A stretch of DNA of 63,985 nt, counting the filler, from an uncultured Methanosarcinales archaeon (GTDB lineage Archaea > Nanobdellota > Nanobdellia > Woesearchaeales > CAZKBD01): assembly GCA_964550945.1 (NCBI GenBank). It is 4 parts of 4 records of this genome, joined end to end, with 100 filler letters (N's around TTAATTAATTAA, not from the genome) between each part and the next. Parts side by side here need not be neighbours in the genome. Positions count along the whole stretch, not along the records: positions 21,631 to 42,015 come from CAZKBD010000025.1; 3 more parts are not named here. The stretch is one strand, 5' to 3'. A program made the translations under genes and the position numbers. The notes under the pieces are model-generated. The model searched no databases. It was given only the letters and a program-made list of their open reading frames with translations, and had not been told where the DNA came from. Positions 29,003-39,153 of the stretch are shown here, piece after piece (within the stretch, counting starts at the first letter, position 1; the number at the start of each line of letters is the position of its first letter).

Positions 29003-29587
29003 TTAAGTTAAAGCTCTCCTTACTTTTGTTCTAATCCTTTCTGGATACTTTTTAAGATACTCATTTATTTTTTTAATATTTATCTTTTTCTTAAATTCTC
29101 TGATAATTTCAGGTGAAAGCCTATTCCTAAACACCACAAAATCAATAAATGTTTTTTCAATGTCTGAATAAGGAAGGTAAAATCCTGAGTCATCAAAATA
29201 TTCATATCCAAACATATACTCTTTTTTGGCTCTTCTTATAAGAATATTCATGCCAATGCTTTTTCTAATAGACGGCCTAATGAACTTTGAGGTTATAATC
29301 ACGGGAATAGTCTCCTGCTCCCACAATTTATGAAAGCTTAATGCAGACTGTAACCCTAAATACGCTGGCTTAAAGCAAAGTACACTTAATCCAGCTTCAT
29401 CAAACTTTGTGTAGCATCCTTTTGTTAACCTTTTAATTTTTCCTCTGAATATTAACTTATTAACTATCTGCTTGGCATAGTCGGTATCTTTTTTGTGTCT
29501 GACAATCCTATCTATATCTGAAAAAGAGACAACAGGGCTTTTCTCAAAAAGTTCCTCAATCTTTGTCAAATACTTTTGTTTTGCCAT
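29003..29587 (-). CDS. Type IV TA AbiEi-like antitoxin
   Basis: wHTH plus AYLGLQSALSFHKLWEQ and SDIEKTFID motifs. Confidence 0.8.
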   Translation of the reverse strand: MAKQKYLTKIEELFEKSPVVSFSDIDRIVRHKKDTDYAKQIVNKLIFRGKIKRLTKGCYTKFDEAGLSVLCFKPAYLGLQSALSFHKLWEQETIPVIITSKFIRPSIRKSIGMNILIRRAKKEYMFGYEYFDDSGFYLPYSDIEKTFIDFVVFRNRLSPEIIREFKKKINIKKINEYLKKYPERIRTKVRRALT

Positions 29588-30222
29588 GTTAAATATTCTA
29601 TCATGTCCTTTGATGAAGGCACGATTCCATCTAAGATTATTGTTTTAAGGTCTTGCTCATCAATAGGGCTTTTATAATTATTAATCAGCAGTTTCAATTC
29701 GCTGCTTATATCATTAAGATTTGTTACCAATTTAATTAAGAAATAGATATCATATAAATCCCTTATTTTCAGCCTTTTTAGATATGCATTAATCTTCTCT
29801 TTAATAAATTCCTCAGGTGTCAGAGAATAAATACTTGTAAATGTTCCATCTAAATTCTCGTAATCAACCAGATGCCCTTTAACTTTTTGGAATGTAGCTT
29901 CAAATCTTACATTTATCCTGTCAACCTCAAATTCAGAGTAAACACTATTCTCAGACACCTTCTTTTTTAATGTGTTAAACCCTCTTTTTTCTAAATTTTT
30001 AAAAATTTGATTTATTTTAGCTTCATCTTTTGGAATGTAAAAATCAACATCTTCAGAAAACCTTTTTCCAGAATAACATCTCCATATCGCAGTTCCCCCA
30101 TGGAGCACAGCACTATTGAATTGGTTATAGATTTCCTTTACAACCCAATCCTGTGCTGCAGAGATCTTTCTATAAGACTCTCTCTTTATCCTTAATGCCA
30201 GAGGGATATTTTTAGCTGCCAT
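29566..30222 (-). CDS. AbiEii/AbiGii-family nucleotidyltransferase toxin
   Basis: HGGTAI, RFSEDVDF, EKI.A...R.KIRDLYD. Confidence 0.9.
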   Translation of the reverse strand: MAAKNIPLALRIKRESYRKISAAQDWVVKEIYNQFNSAVLHGGTAIWRCYSGKRFSEDVDFYIPKDEAKINQIFKNLEKRGFNTLKKKVSENSVYSEFEVDRINVRFEATFQKVKGHLVDYENLDGTFTSIYSLTPEEFIKEKINAYLKRLKIRDLYDIYFLIKLVTNLNDISSELKLLINNYKSPIDEQDLKTIILDGIVPSSKDMIEYLTWQNKSI

Positions 30223-30231
30223 TTTATAATC

Positions 30232-30263
30232 AACCAAAGTTAGCTATTTGTATAACTTTAGTT
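30232..30263. promoter_or_regulatory. Inverted-repeat operator of the AbiE-like operon
   Basis: AACCAAAGTTA-N10-TAACTTTAGTT between TATA and start. Confidence 0.6.
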
Positions 30264-30415
30264 AATCATATATTTAAGCTTTTCGGTTTGATTATGGGGT
30301 AAGTGAGTTCTATCAATAATTTATTCTCAAGAACAAGAAGAAAGGGGCAGAAATATTTAAAATAGTTCTTACATTTAATTTAGTGGAAGATAATATTGGC
30401 AATTCGTGTAGTTTA

Positions 30416-30979
30416 TCACTGCACCATCCCAAACTTTTTGTTTTTTGCAGTCATCTTTACAAAATGTTGCAGACTTTTTTGAAACATCTCATCATTATGG
30501 TGCCTTTGACTTTCAAGGTAGCCTATACGAACTTTTTTATATCCTTCTGAAAATTTTTGAAAATTTTTCCATGTTTGCCTATCAGCCTTTAATGCCTTGA
30601 GTATATCTAAGGCGATGAAAAATTTATCTTTTCTATCTTTATCAAAGACATGCGAAATAGCTTTAAGCCCAGTAGAGGTCATCTTTTTTTCTTTAATGAG
30701 TCTGTGAATGCGTTCTTTGTTCATTTCCGACAGCACACTTGTCGGCTTTCTTGGAGTGAATCTTTGAGCAAATTTTTCCTCATCTATCTTCTTGACGGTG
30801 CTGTCTATCCAACCATAACAGAGCGCTTCTTCAACTGAATCGTTATACGGTATTCTTGGTTTACCAGATGATTTTCTATAATAAACCAGCCAGATTTCTT
30901 TTTCTTTATTATAATTTTTGGTGAGCCATGAACGCCATTGTTTTCTATCAGTTACATAAAGTGTTTTTCCTAAATTCAT
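30416..30979 (-). CDS. YdeI/OmpD-associated family protein
   Basis: WRSWL, VEEALCYGWIDS, FTPRK...S..NK. Confidence 0.9.
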   Translation of the reverse strand: MNLGKTLYVTDRKQWRSWLTKNYNKEKEIWLVYYRKSSGKPRIPYNDSVEEALCYGWIDSTVKKIDEEKFAQRFTPRKPTSVLSEMNKERIHRLIKEKKMTSTGLKAISHVFDKDRKDKFFIALDILKALKADRQTWKNFQKFSEGYKKVRIGYLESQRHHNDEMFQKSLQHFVKMTAKNKKFGMVQ

Positions 30980-31386
30980 ATTTTTTTAGATAACAATTAT
31001 AATTTATAAAACATTCTAAAGGTGCACCGACCACCTACGAAGCGGGTGAGGGAAGTATGACACAGATGGAAACATATAAATTAGGGATTATAAACCTTTT
31101 TAATAATCGACATTTCCATTAAGTAATATTTTGGCTAACGACTATCAAGCTAACCCGCCTAGATTATAATGTCCACCAAAATGCACTAATTATTGGACAA
31201 TGTCCAAGATTTATTGAAAAATATGGACAAAATTGGTGTTTTATCCAGAAATAGCCCAAAAAACTATATAAATTCCTTTGATTCTATGATAATAAATTAC
31301 TTTAATAATAATACCTATAACTAATTATTCCAATAGGAATACAGTCAACAAGAATGTATTTAAACTAAGCTAATTAATAACCCGCT

Positions 31387-33702
31387 ATGGAAAGAGAAAA
31401 ACTGTTGAATTTACTGAAAAATAAAATCATTATTCTAGATGGGGCTATGGGGACTCAATTAATGGAAATGGGATTTACAAAAGGATGTGGTGAAGAGCTT
31501 AACATAAAGAATCCTGAAATTGTAAAATCAGTGCATAAAAGTTATGCTGATGCTGGCTGCGATATAATAATAACAAATACATTCGGAGCTAATAGACTGA
31601 AGCTGGAGCAGTATGGGCTAAAAAACAAGGTTAAGGAAATAAATGAAGCAGCTGTAAAACTAGCAAGAGAAGCTGCTCCAAACTGCCTTATTGCTGGTGA
31701 TATCGGGCCATTAGGGAAATATGTTGAGCCTTTGGATTCATTGACATTTGAAGAGGCTTATGGGCTCTATAAAGAGCAAATTTTAGCTTTAAATAAATCA
31801 GATATTTTAATCATAGAAACAGTGTCAGATATTAAAACATTAAAAGCAGCAATCATAGCAGCAAAAGAAAACTCAAACCTCCCAATTATTGCTCAAATGA
31901 CATTTGAAGATGAGCATAGGACAGCTACAGGAACCGATGTTGAGACATTTACTGCAATTGTGGATGCATTAGGGGCTGATGTTATTGGAGCAAACTGCTC
32001 AGAAGGGCCTGAGGGGCTTTTGGAAGTGGCAAAAATAATCACAAAAATCACGAATAAGCCAATAATAATCCAGCCAAATGCCGGATTGCCAAAAATAATA
32101 GATGGCAAAACAGTTTACACAAAAACCCCAGAAGAGTTTGCAAGGCAATTAAAGGAGATTGCTAAGTTGGGAGTTAATCTTTTGGGAGGATGCTGCGGAA
32201 CAACACCAGCGCATTTAAAAGCGGTTGTAAATGAAATTAAAAACCTAACACCAATAACTAGGAATAATAAACTAGCTACAAAACTTTGTTCCAGAACAAG
32301 GACATTAGAGATTAAAGATAAAACGCTAATTGTTGGCGAAAGAATTAATCCCACTTCAAAACCATTATTCCAGGAAGAACTGAAACAAGGTAAAACCACA
32401 ACAATAAGAAATGAAGCCTTAAGCCAGGCAAAAGAAGGAGCTTCTTTATTAGATATCAATGTTGGAGTCCCGGGCATTGACGAATCCAAAACACTGAAAA
32501 AAGCAGTGGCCATAGTCCAAACTATAGTTGATGTTCCCTTAGTTATTGATACCTCAGACCCAAGAGCTTTAGAAGAAGCTTTAAAGCAAAGCGATGGCAA
32601 GCCATTGATAAATTCAGTCAATGGCTCTGAAAAAAGTTTAACAATTATCCTTCCATTAGCAAAAAAATACGGAGCAGCAATAATCGCATTAACATTAGAT
32701 AAAAAGGTGCCAAAAACAAAACAAGAAAGGATAGATGCAGCAAAAAAGATAATTGCAGAAGCAGAAAAAATTGGAATAAACAAAGAAGATATAATCATAG
32801 ATTGTGTTACAACTACAATAGCCACAAATCCAGAGAATGAGCAGATAATCCTGGACTCAGTCAGGGAAATAAAAAAACTGGGCTATAAAACCATATTGGG
32901 CGTAAGCAATATATCCCATGGAATGCCTAATAGATCAAAAATAAACTCTGTTTTCTTAAACAAAGCATCAAAAGCAGGCTTAAATCTGGCAATCTTAAAT
33001 CCATTGGATAATGTAATTTTGGATGAAAATGAGCTTGGCTTTTTAAAAGAGAAAAAGCCAGAAATAGATTATAACAAGCTTCCAATAGAAAAACAGCTAT
33101 ATGATACAATCCTTTATGGAGATGAAGAGAATGTCCTAGAGATAGTCGACAAATCCTTAAAACAACTAGAAGCATTGAAAATAAACGATATCCTGATTAA
33201 AGCACTGGAAGAAGTAGGCATTAAATTCAAGAAAAAAGAATTTTATCTTCCCCAGGTATTAAGCAGCGCAAAATCAATGAGTATCGCATTTAAAAGACTA
33301 AAAAAAGAGCTGAAAAGCGCAGGAAAGAAACCAAAAGGAACATTATTGTTTGCGACTGTTGAAAATGACATCCATGATATTGGGAAAAATATTGTGGTTG
33401 CATTATTGGAAAGCTATAATTATAAGATAATAGACCTGGGAAAAGACGTAAAAAAAGAAAAAATCATTGAGGAAGCGATAAAACACAAAGCTGACCTTAT
33501 TGGCTTAAGCGCTTTGATGACAACAACTGCGCCAGAAATGGAAGAAATCATAAAGGAAATAAAGAAAAGAAATTTAAATATCCCTGTATTAGTTGGTGGT
33601 GCAGTCATCACAGAAGATTATGCGGATGTGATCCATGCAGATTATGCAAAAGACGCTTTGGGAGCGGTAAAGAAGGTTGAGGAGATATTATGCCAAAAAT
33701 AA
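31387..33702 (+). CDS. metH: Cobalamin-dependent methionine synthase lacking the C-terminal reactivation domain
   Basis: LDGAMGT, GANC and GGCCG Zn ligands, GERIN pterin domain, DIHDIGKN B12 motif; 771 aa. Confidence 0.93.
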   Translation: MEREKLLNLLKNKIIILDGAMGTQLMEMGFTKGCGEELNIKNPEIVKSVHKSYADAGCDIIITNTFGANRLKLEQYGLKNKVKEINEAAVKLAREAAPNCLIAGDIGPLGKYVEPLDSLTFEEAYGLYKEQILALNKSDILIIETVSDIKTLKAAIIAAKENSNLPIIAQMTFEDEHRTATGTDVETFTAIVDALGADVIGANCSEGPEGLLEVAKIITKITNKPIIIQPNAGLPKIIDGKTVYTKTPEEFARQLKEIAKLGVNLLGGCCGTTPAHLKAVVNEIKNLTPITRNNKLATKLCSRTRTLEIKDKTLIVGERINPTSKPLFQEELKQGKTTTIRNEALSQAKEGASLLDINVGVPGIDESKTLKKAVAIVQTIVDVPLVIDTSDPRALEEALKQSDGKPLINSVNGSEKSLTIILPLAKKYGAAIIALTLDKKVPKTKQERIDAAKKIIAEAEKIGINKEDIIIDCVTTTIATNPENEQIILDSVREIKKLGYKTILGVSNISHGMPNRSKINSVFLNKASKAGLNLAILNPLDNVILDENELGFLKEKKPEIDYNKLPIEKQLYDTILYGDEENVLEIVDKSLKQLEALKINDILIKALEEVGIKFKKKEFYLPQVLSSAKSMSIAFKRLKKELKSAGKKPKGTLLFATVENDIHDIGKNIVVALLESYNYKIIDLGKDVKKEKIIEEAIKHKADLIGLSALMTTTAPEMEEIIKEIKKRNLNIPVLVGGAVITEDYADVIHADYAKDALGAVKKVEEILCQK

Positions 33703-34589
33703 CTGAACTACTGAAAAACAAGAAATTTACAATCTCAGTAGAGATAGTTCCGCCAAGAAACGGAACAGGCACAAAAGAAATATTGTCAAATATAGAAAAT
33801 CTCAGGAATAAAATAGACTTCATAAGCATAACAAAAGGCGCAGGAGGAAGCTTAAGAGGAGGAACATTGCCAATATCCTATCTGGCATATGAAAAATTTG
33901 GTATCCTGCCTGTCTCTCATTTTGTATGCAGGGAAAGGACAAAAGCAGAGATAGAAAACGATATACTGGACTTATATTATTTTAATGTTAACAACATATT
34001 GGCTTTAAGAGGCGATCCGCCAGCAGGATCAAAAGATGAAGACTGGGATGGAGATTATAAATATGCATACCAACTAGTTGAACAAATAAACAACCTCAAC
34101 AAAGGAAGGTATATCCAAAGAAAAAATATTGATAAAGGGGACCATAGGGAAGGAATAAAAACAGACTTCTGCATCTTGGTAGCCGGCCATCCAGAGGACC
34201 AGATAGAAAAAGAAGTAGAGCATATGAACCTTAAAGTTAGCGCAGGCGCAGAAATTATTATCACGCAAATGATATTCTCATTTGAAGAGTATAAGGGCTA
34301 TGTTGAAAGCCTTAGAAAAGCAGGAATAAAACTGCCAGTAATCCCAGGAATAAGGCCTTTAGTTTCAATAAACCAGGCAGAATCAGTTGAAAACTTTTTT
34401 GGGTTGAAAGTTAACGCTAAACTAAAGAATATCCTAACATCTGCCAAATCGCCCCAAGAATCAAGAAAAAATGGGCTAAAATACACGGCTGAAATGATAA
34501 AAAAGCTAAAAGAGTATGGAGCGCCGGGTGTGCATTTATTTATTTTAGATGATTTTAGGTTGGTAGATGATTTATTAAATCTGATATGA
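33690..34589 (+). CDS. metF: Methylenetetrahydrofolate reductase
   Basis: SVEIVPP, NILALRGDPP, AGHPE, ITQM, GVHLF. Confidence 0.92.
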   Translation: MPKITELLKNKKFTISVEIVPPRNGTGTKEILSNIENLRNKIDFISITKGAGGSLRGGTLPISYLAYEKFGILPVSHFVCRERTKAEIENDILDLYYFNVNNILALRGDPPAGSKDEDWDGDYKYAYQLVEQINNLNKGRYIQRKNIDKGDHREGIKTDFCILVAGHPEDQIEKEVEHMNLKVSAGAEIIITQMIFSFEEYKGYVESLRKAGIKLPVIPGIRPLVSINQAESVENFFGLKVNAKLKNILTSAKSPQESRKNGLKYTAEMIKKLKEYGAPGVHLFILDDFRLVDDLLNLI

Positions 34590-34591
34590 AT

Positions 34592-35212
34592 CTACTTCAA
34601 TACTTTTCCTGTCTTGATATACCACATATACAAGTCAAGTTCAGCGCAACTCATGTTCAATTCTTTTGCAATCTCTTTGAATTTGATTTCAATGACTAAA
34701 TAACTATCTTTTGATAAGCTTTTAGGCATTTGGTTGATATAGCCTTGCTCGTGCATTAATCTAATGATATGCCTGTCAAGAATAGCATAATCTATGCATC
34801 CAACATTTCTTAAGAAATGGCTGCTCTCTTTCCAGCCAAGGCCTTTAATGTTTTTGACTAACCATTCTCTTTGGTTTTTTTCTTTCTTTAAGATATCTTT
34901 GATATTTCTAAACCTTCTTGCTTCGACAATGTATCTGGCTTTGTTGTTATGAAAGCGATGCTTGTTCTTTTTTATGCAATCGCAGATACCCTCTTTTGAT
35001 TTGCGCAAGAACCCATCAATGCCCAGCTCATCTTGAATTGCTAGCGCAGTGCTCGCTCTTGAATTTGCTGTTAGAATGCAAAAACCTAGCTCACAAAACC
35101 AGTCGTCGTTTCCTTTTTTACCAAGCTCTTTAAACTCCTTCAGCCTTTGGTCTACAGTTTTAGAAATAGGCAATCTTTTTAATTTTTTTATTTTCTCAAT
35201 TAACTGGTTCAT
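34592..35212 (-). CDS. ogg: 8-oxoguanine DNA glycosylase/AP lyase
   Basis: ELGFCILTAN, KGLGWKESSHFLRNVG, AILDRH, LDLYMWY..TGKVLK. Confidence 0.93.
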   Translation of the reverse strand: MNQLIEKIKKLKRLPISKTVDQRLKEFKELGKKGNDDWFCELGFCILTANSRASTALAIQDELGIDGFLRKSKEGICDCIKKNKHRFHNNKARYIVEARRFRNIKDILKKEKNQREWLVKNIKGLGWKESSHFLRNVGCIDYAILDRHIIRLMHEQGYINQMPKSLSKDSYLVIEIKFKEIAKELNMSCAELDLYMWYIKTGKVLK

Positions 35213-35230
35213 ATAAACGAAAAAGAAAAG

Positions 35231-35617
35231 TTAATTTTTCCACAGCCCATGTATGTTGCATAGCTCCCTGGCTTTTAATCCCTTGACATTTGCAAGGCAG
35301 CAAAACTCAGCTACTGGCTCTTCACCAGGCTTAAGCCTCTTGCCAATCACGACATCATCATCATTCACTAGCTGAATAAGCTCAATATAATGCTTCTCTT
35401 CCATTGGATGTGGAATAGCGCCAACCTTAACCCTTACTCCTCCTTTGATAGTTTCTATTACAGGAACATGTTTTTCTTTCCCTTCCTCTTTTGCAGTTTT
35501 CTCTTCAAGCAGTTTCATTGGTTGACCGCAACAAATCAGTTCACCTTCACCTGCCTCAATTACCGAAACCACATTACTGCACATTTCGCATTTGTATATC
35601 CCGTTTTGTTTTGCCAT
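35231..35617 (-). CDS. dfx: Desulfoferrodoxin (2Fe superoxide reductase)
   Basis: CEMC...CCG centre I; EKHVP, HPM..KHYI, CNIHGLW centre II. Confidence 0.95.
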   Translation of the reverse strand: MAKQNGIYKCEMCSNVVSVIEAGEGELICCGQPMKLLEEKTAKEEGKEKHVPVIETIKGGVRVKVGAIPHPMEEKHYIELIQLVNDDDVVIGKRLKPGEEPVAEFCCLANVKGLKARELCNIHGLWKN

Positions 35618-35696
35618 TTTTCACCCCAGTTATATCTTTTGGCTAAGTTTGCCTAAATCAATATTCTCAATTTTGTTTTCTTCCAAGCCAATCCTT

Positions 35697-36875
35697 TTAG
35701 CCGGTTTTTATTTTCTTTGCAAGCTTTTTTCCTAATTCAATCACATTCTTAATATCTTCTTCTTTTGGCGTTCCATTAATTTCAATAGCGCCGACTGGCT
35801 CAATATGCTTTGGCAATGCATCAATAATATTCTTTACAGCTGCGCTGCCCCATCCGTATGAGTTTAAGATGACGCCGTATTTTAATGGAGGATTCAGGAT
35901 TTTTACTAGATGGAAAGCATATACTGCTAAAGGATGCAATGAGCCAAGAACAGTCGGAGCTCCAAGAATAATTGCCCTTGAATCAACCAAATCTTTAGCA
36001 ATATCACCGATATCTGCGTTAGCTAGATTATACCTCACTATCTCAATTCCTTCTTCCATCAATGGCTGCATAATCGCATCTACCATCTTTTCTGTTGATT
36101 TCCACATCGTAGCATAAACAATAATCGCTTTTTCTTTTGTTTCTCCTGCAGTCCATTTTTTGTAAGCGTCAATGATATTTTTAGGTGTTTTGTGTATTGG
36201 GCCATGGCTTGGCGCAATCATTTTTATATCCAAGTTTTGCAGCTTATCAATTGCTTTCTTTCCCATAGCCTTAAATGGCATCATAATCTCTCCAAAATAC
36301 CTTTTTGAATTGATGATTAAATCTTCTGCTTCGCTGTCATAAATGCCAAATGATGTGTGGCTTCCAAAGAAATCGCACGGAAACAATATACTATCCTCTA
36401 AAAGATAGGTGAACATTGTTTCAGGCCAATGAAGGAAGGGGGCATCAATGAATTTTAAGGTTTTTCCGCCAAGATTTATCGAATCTCCTTCCTTGATTGT
36501 TTGTATTCTTTCATGGGGAATGTTGTAATACAATTTTGCAGCTTCTGCTCCTTTCTGCGTTGTTACTAATTTTGCTTTTGTGAGCTGCATGATAACTGGA
36601 AGTGCTCCAGCATGGTCTGGCTCTGCATGATTCATCACAACATAATCCAGCTTGCTTAAATCAATTAATTTTGAGATCTTGTCAACTAATTCTTTTTCAA
36701 ATCCAGGCCTTACTGTATCAATCAGGGCATTTTTCTCATTTCCTCTGATTAAATAGGAGTTATAGCTTGTTCCATGAGGTAACGGAATCAATGAATCAAA
36801 TAGCCTCGTGTTCCAGTCTTTAACTCCAACTAAAAATACATTTTTTGCTAGTTCAGGTATACTATGCTCGCTCAT
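35697..36875 (-). CDS. fprA: Flavodiiron protein (FprA)
   Basis: NHAEPDH, HWPE, CDFFGSH, PSHG; C-terminal flavodoxin. Confidence 0.95.
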   Translation of the reverse strand: MSEHSIPELAKNVFLVGVKDWNTRLFDSLIPLPHGTSYNSYLIRGNEKNALIDTVRPGFEKELVDKISKLIDLSKLDYVVMNHAEPDHAGALPVIMQLTKAKLVTTQKGAEAAKLYYNIPHERIQTIKEGDSINLGGKTLKFIDAPFLHWPETMFTYLLEDSILFPCDFFGSHTSFGIYDSEAEDLIINSKRYFGEIMMPFKAMGKKAIDKLQNLDIKMIAPSHGPIHKTPKNIIDAYKKWTAGETKEKAIIVYATMWKSTEKMVDAIMQPLMEEGIEIVRYNLANADIGDIAKDLVDSRAIILGAPTVLGSLHPLAVYAFHLVKILNPPLKYGVILNSYGWGSAAVKNIIDALPKHIEPVGAIEINGTPKEEDIKNVIELGKKLAKKIKTG

Positions 36876-36885
36876 TTTACCACCC

Positions 36886-37722
36886 CTATATCACCTTATG
36901 GATTTTTTCTATATTTATCCATAATATCAGTACAACCACTATATAAACAGCATAACCTATCAGTTGAGTTAAAGAAGGGCTTGCATTATACCCGACTAAA
37001 TCTTTCAGAATGCTGCCTACCACGCCCTTCTGATGCAAAAGCGGAAAGCTTCCATCTTCATTTAGGTCTGGGTTTGAATCCCAAACATGCTCGATGTAGC
37101 CAGGTAAAATCTCAGCTTCTTCAAACTCGTGAATCCCATTAGCTACTAATCCAGCTGCAAATAATACCAACACTACAGAGGTTACATTGAAGAAACTCTT
37201 TACATTTATCCTCTTTCCAATCACAAATATCAGGTATCCTATGAGGATTGCTAATACCACTCCCAGCAAAGCGCCTGTAAGGTTATTGCTCGTTTCTGAA
37301 ACAAACGAAGCTGCTCCCAAAAAAATAACTGTTTCAATGCCTTCTCTTAGCACAGATACAAAAACCAACATAAACAATCCGATTTTTTGTCGGTTTTTAA
37401 TCCCAGTATCCACTTTTTTTTGAAGCTCTGACATAATATGCTTCTGTTTCATCATCCATAATACCATAAATGTGATTAAAAATGCTCCAACAATCATAGA
37501 TATCCCTTCGAATATCTGCTCAGCTTTGCCTTCAAAACCGCCTGCCAAGGCATTAAAAAGAAATGCCCCTATTATGCTTGCTATAATCGCAGAACCAACT
37601 CCCAAGTAAACTACATTATTATGCTCCTCTCTTTTTGTTTTAATGAGGTATGCTAATATTATGCCTACTATCAAAGCAGCTTCCAAAGTTTCCCTGAATG
37701 TTATAATAAAGCTTGATATCAT
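36886..37722 (-). CDS. FTR1-family iron permease
   Basis: Two RExxE motifs (FRETLE, LREGIE); 7 TM segments. Confidence 0.93.
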   Translation of the reverse strand: MISSFIITFRETLEAALIVGIILAYLIKTKREEHNNVVYLGVGSAIIASIIGAFLFNALAGGFEGKAEQIFEGISMIVGAFLITFMVLWMMKQKHIMSELQKKVDTGIKNRQKIGLFMLVFVSVLREGIETVIFLGAASFVSETSNNLTGALLGVVLAILIGYLIFVIGKRINVKSFFNVTSVVLVLFAAGLVANGIHEFEEAEILPGYIEHVWDSNPDLNEDGSFPLLHQKGVVGSILKDLVGYNASPSLTQLIGYAVYIVVVLILWINIEKIHKVI

Positions 37723-37724
37723 TT

Positions 37725-37789
37725 TGCCCAGTTTTTCAGCACGCTCAGAAACTGCAGCTATCGATAATAAATAGTTGCGATTTCTGGCA
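37725..37789 (+). repeat. Degenerate partial copy of the modular hairpin element
   Basis: TTTTTCAGCACGCTCAGAAA...TTTCTGGCA reproduces the GCAYGCTCA junction and terminus. Confidence 0.5.
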
Positions 37790-37821
37790 TATCTGAGATG
37801 AATTAGATATTGTTATTTTAA

Positions 37822-38988
37822 TCACCCAAACATTAGCAGATCCGGCTTGAATATAATCAATAAGCCCAAGGCCAGCATCATAAAGCCAGCGATAAACTTC
37901 ATCCATTTTCCTTGCTTTTCTGTTAATTTTTTTGAGCTTAAGGTTACTACAGCTATAGTAAATATAATCATATCATCAAGCATATACATTGCAACATACA
38001 GGAGTAAGTAAGCATAATAAGATAAATTGGATAGGTTATTTAAAATTAAGACCTTAGTGAATATCATTGGAAATCCGGCTGTGCATAACAATTCAATGAA
38101 GTTAACAGTGAATGCTAACACAGTAACGCCAACTAATGAGATAAGCAGTACATCTTCTTGAACAATCTTCCTCATTCGCTCAAATAATTTAGGCTTTGCA
38201 GCTTCAGGGATTGTCAAAGAAGCGCCTTTCTTAAAAAAGAATAGCTCCTTAACATTAATCAAGCCCATAACAACTGCAGACAATCCAACAACAGCCCTTA
38301 GATAAGGAAGAAATCCTACCATCAAAAAAAAATTCAGCCATGCTGCTATAAACAAAAAATAAACAATTCCTGAAACTAAAATAAATGTTCCACCTATGAT
38401 AAACATCCTTTTTCTTGATCTTGTGTAAACTAACAAAGCCAGTAAGAACATTAACACCCACATTGCGCAAGGATTAAAACCATCTGCCAATCCAAGTATT
38501 ATGGTGAATAATGGCAGAGAGATTTTAGAAGTATCAATTTGGCCAAATAATGGTAGATTTACAACCCTTTCTTCTTCCTGCTTTGCTGGACAGCTTGTTA
38601 TATTTTCCCCTATCTGCTCCATTAAGTCTACGCCGCCTTTGTTAATATACTCAACAACAGCTTCTTCAATCTCTTTTCCTTTTCCTTCTTGGCTATCAAA
38701 CCCAATGATGGGCTTATGGCCGATAAATACAGTAGGAACACCAACTACTTTTGTTCCACAGGCCGCGCTCATTGCTACAAAAAGCTTAGAATTGGACTCA
38801 TTATGCCATGTTTCATACGCTTCAACAGTAAGCTCAGGATATTTGTTTTCAAGTTCTTTAAGGAATGGCTTTGCCTGAGTGCAATGAGGGCATCCGTCAC
38901 CATAGAAATAATAGATAGTAACATTATTAGCATAAACTAAACTACTTAAAACTATTAAAAGAAATGGAATTATGAATAGTTTTTTCAT
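37822..38988 (-). CDS. Membrane protein: extracytoplasmic thioredoxin/glutaredoxin fused to a CcdA/DsbD-like TM domain
   Basis: Signal peptide, GCPHC, GVPT, DGFNPCA, ELLCTAG. Confidence 0.85.
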   Translation of the reverse strand: MKKLFIIPFLLIVLSSLVYANNVTIYYFYGDGCPHCTQAKPFLKELENKYPELTVEAYETWHNESNSKLFVAMSAACGTKVVGVPTVFIGHKPIIGFDSQEGKGKEIEEAVVEYINKGGVDLMEQIGENITSCPAKQEEERVVNLPLFGQIDTSKISLPLFTIILGLADGFNPCAMWVLMFLLALLVYTRSRKRMFIIGGTFILVSGIVYFLFIAAWLNFFLMVGFLPYLRAVVGLSAVVMGLINVKELFFFKKGASLTIPEAAKPKLFERMRKIVQEDVLLISLVGVTVLAFTVNFIELLCTAGFPMIFTKVLILNNLSNLSYYAYLLLYVAMYMLDDMIIFTIAVVTLSSKKLTEKQGKWMKFIAGFMMLALGLLIIFKPDLLMFG

Positions 38989-39153
38989 TCTTGATGGGAG
39001 TTCATATTTGTTATATAAATTTTGCTCAATGCAGCTAAATCCAATCAGTAACAAAAAAGGCTCAACAGCTATTGTAAATTGAAGAGACCACATAAAATGC
39101 AGGCTTTATGCGGCTTCTTGTCCAAAAAAATACTTGGAATTTTAAACTTAAGA

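Noticed and set aside
31020..31386. SAM or cobalamin riboswitch before metH
   Set aside because: No recognisable conserved riboswitch core; the TATA box lies close to the start codon.
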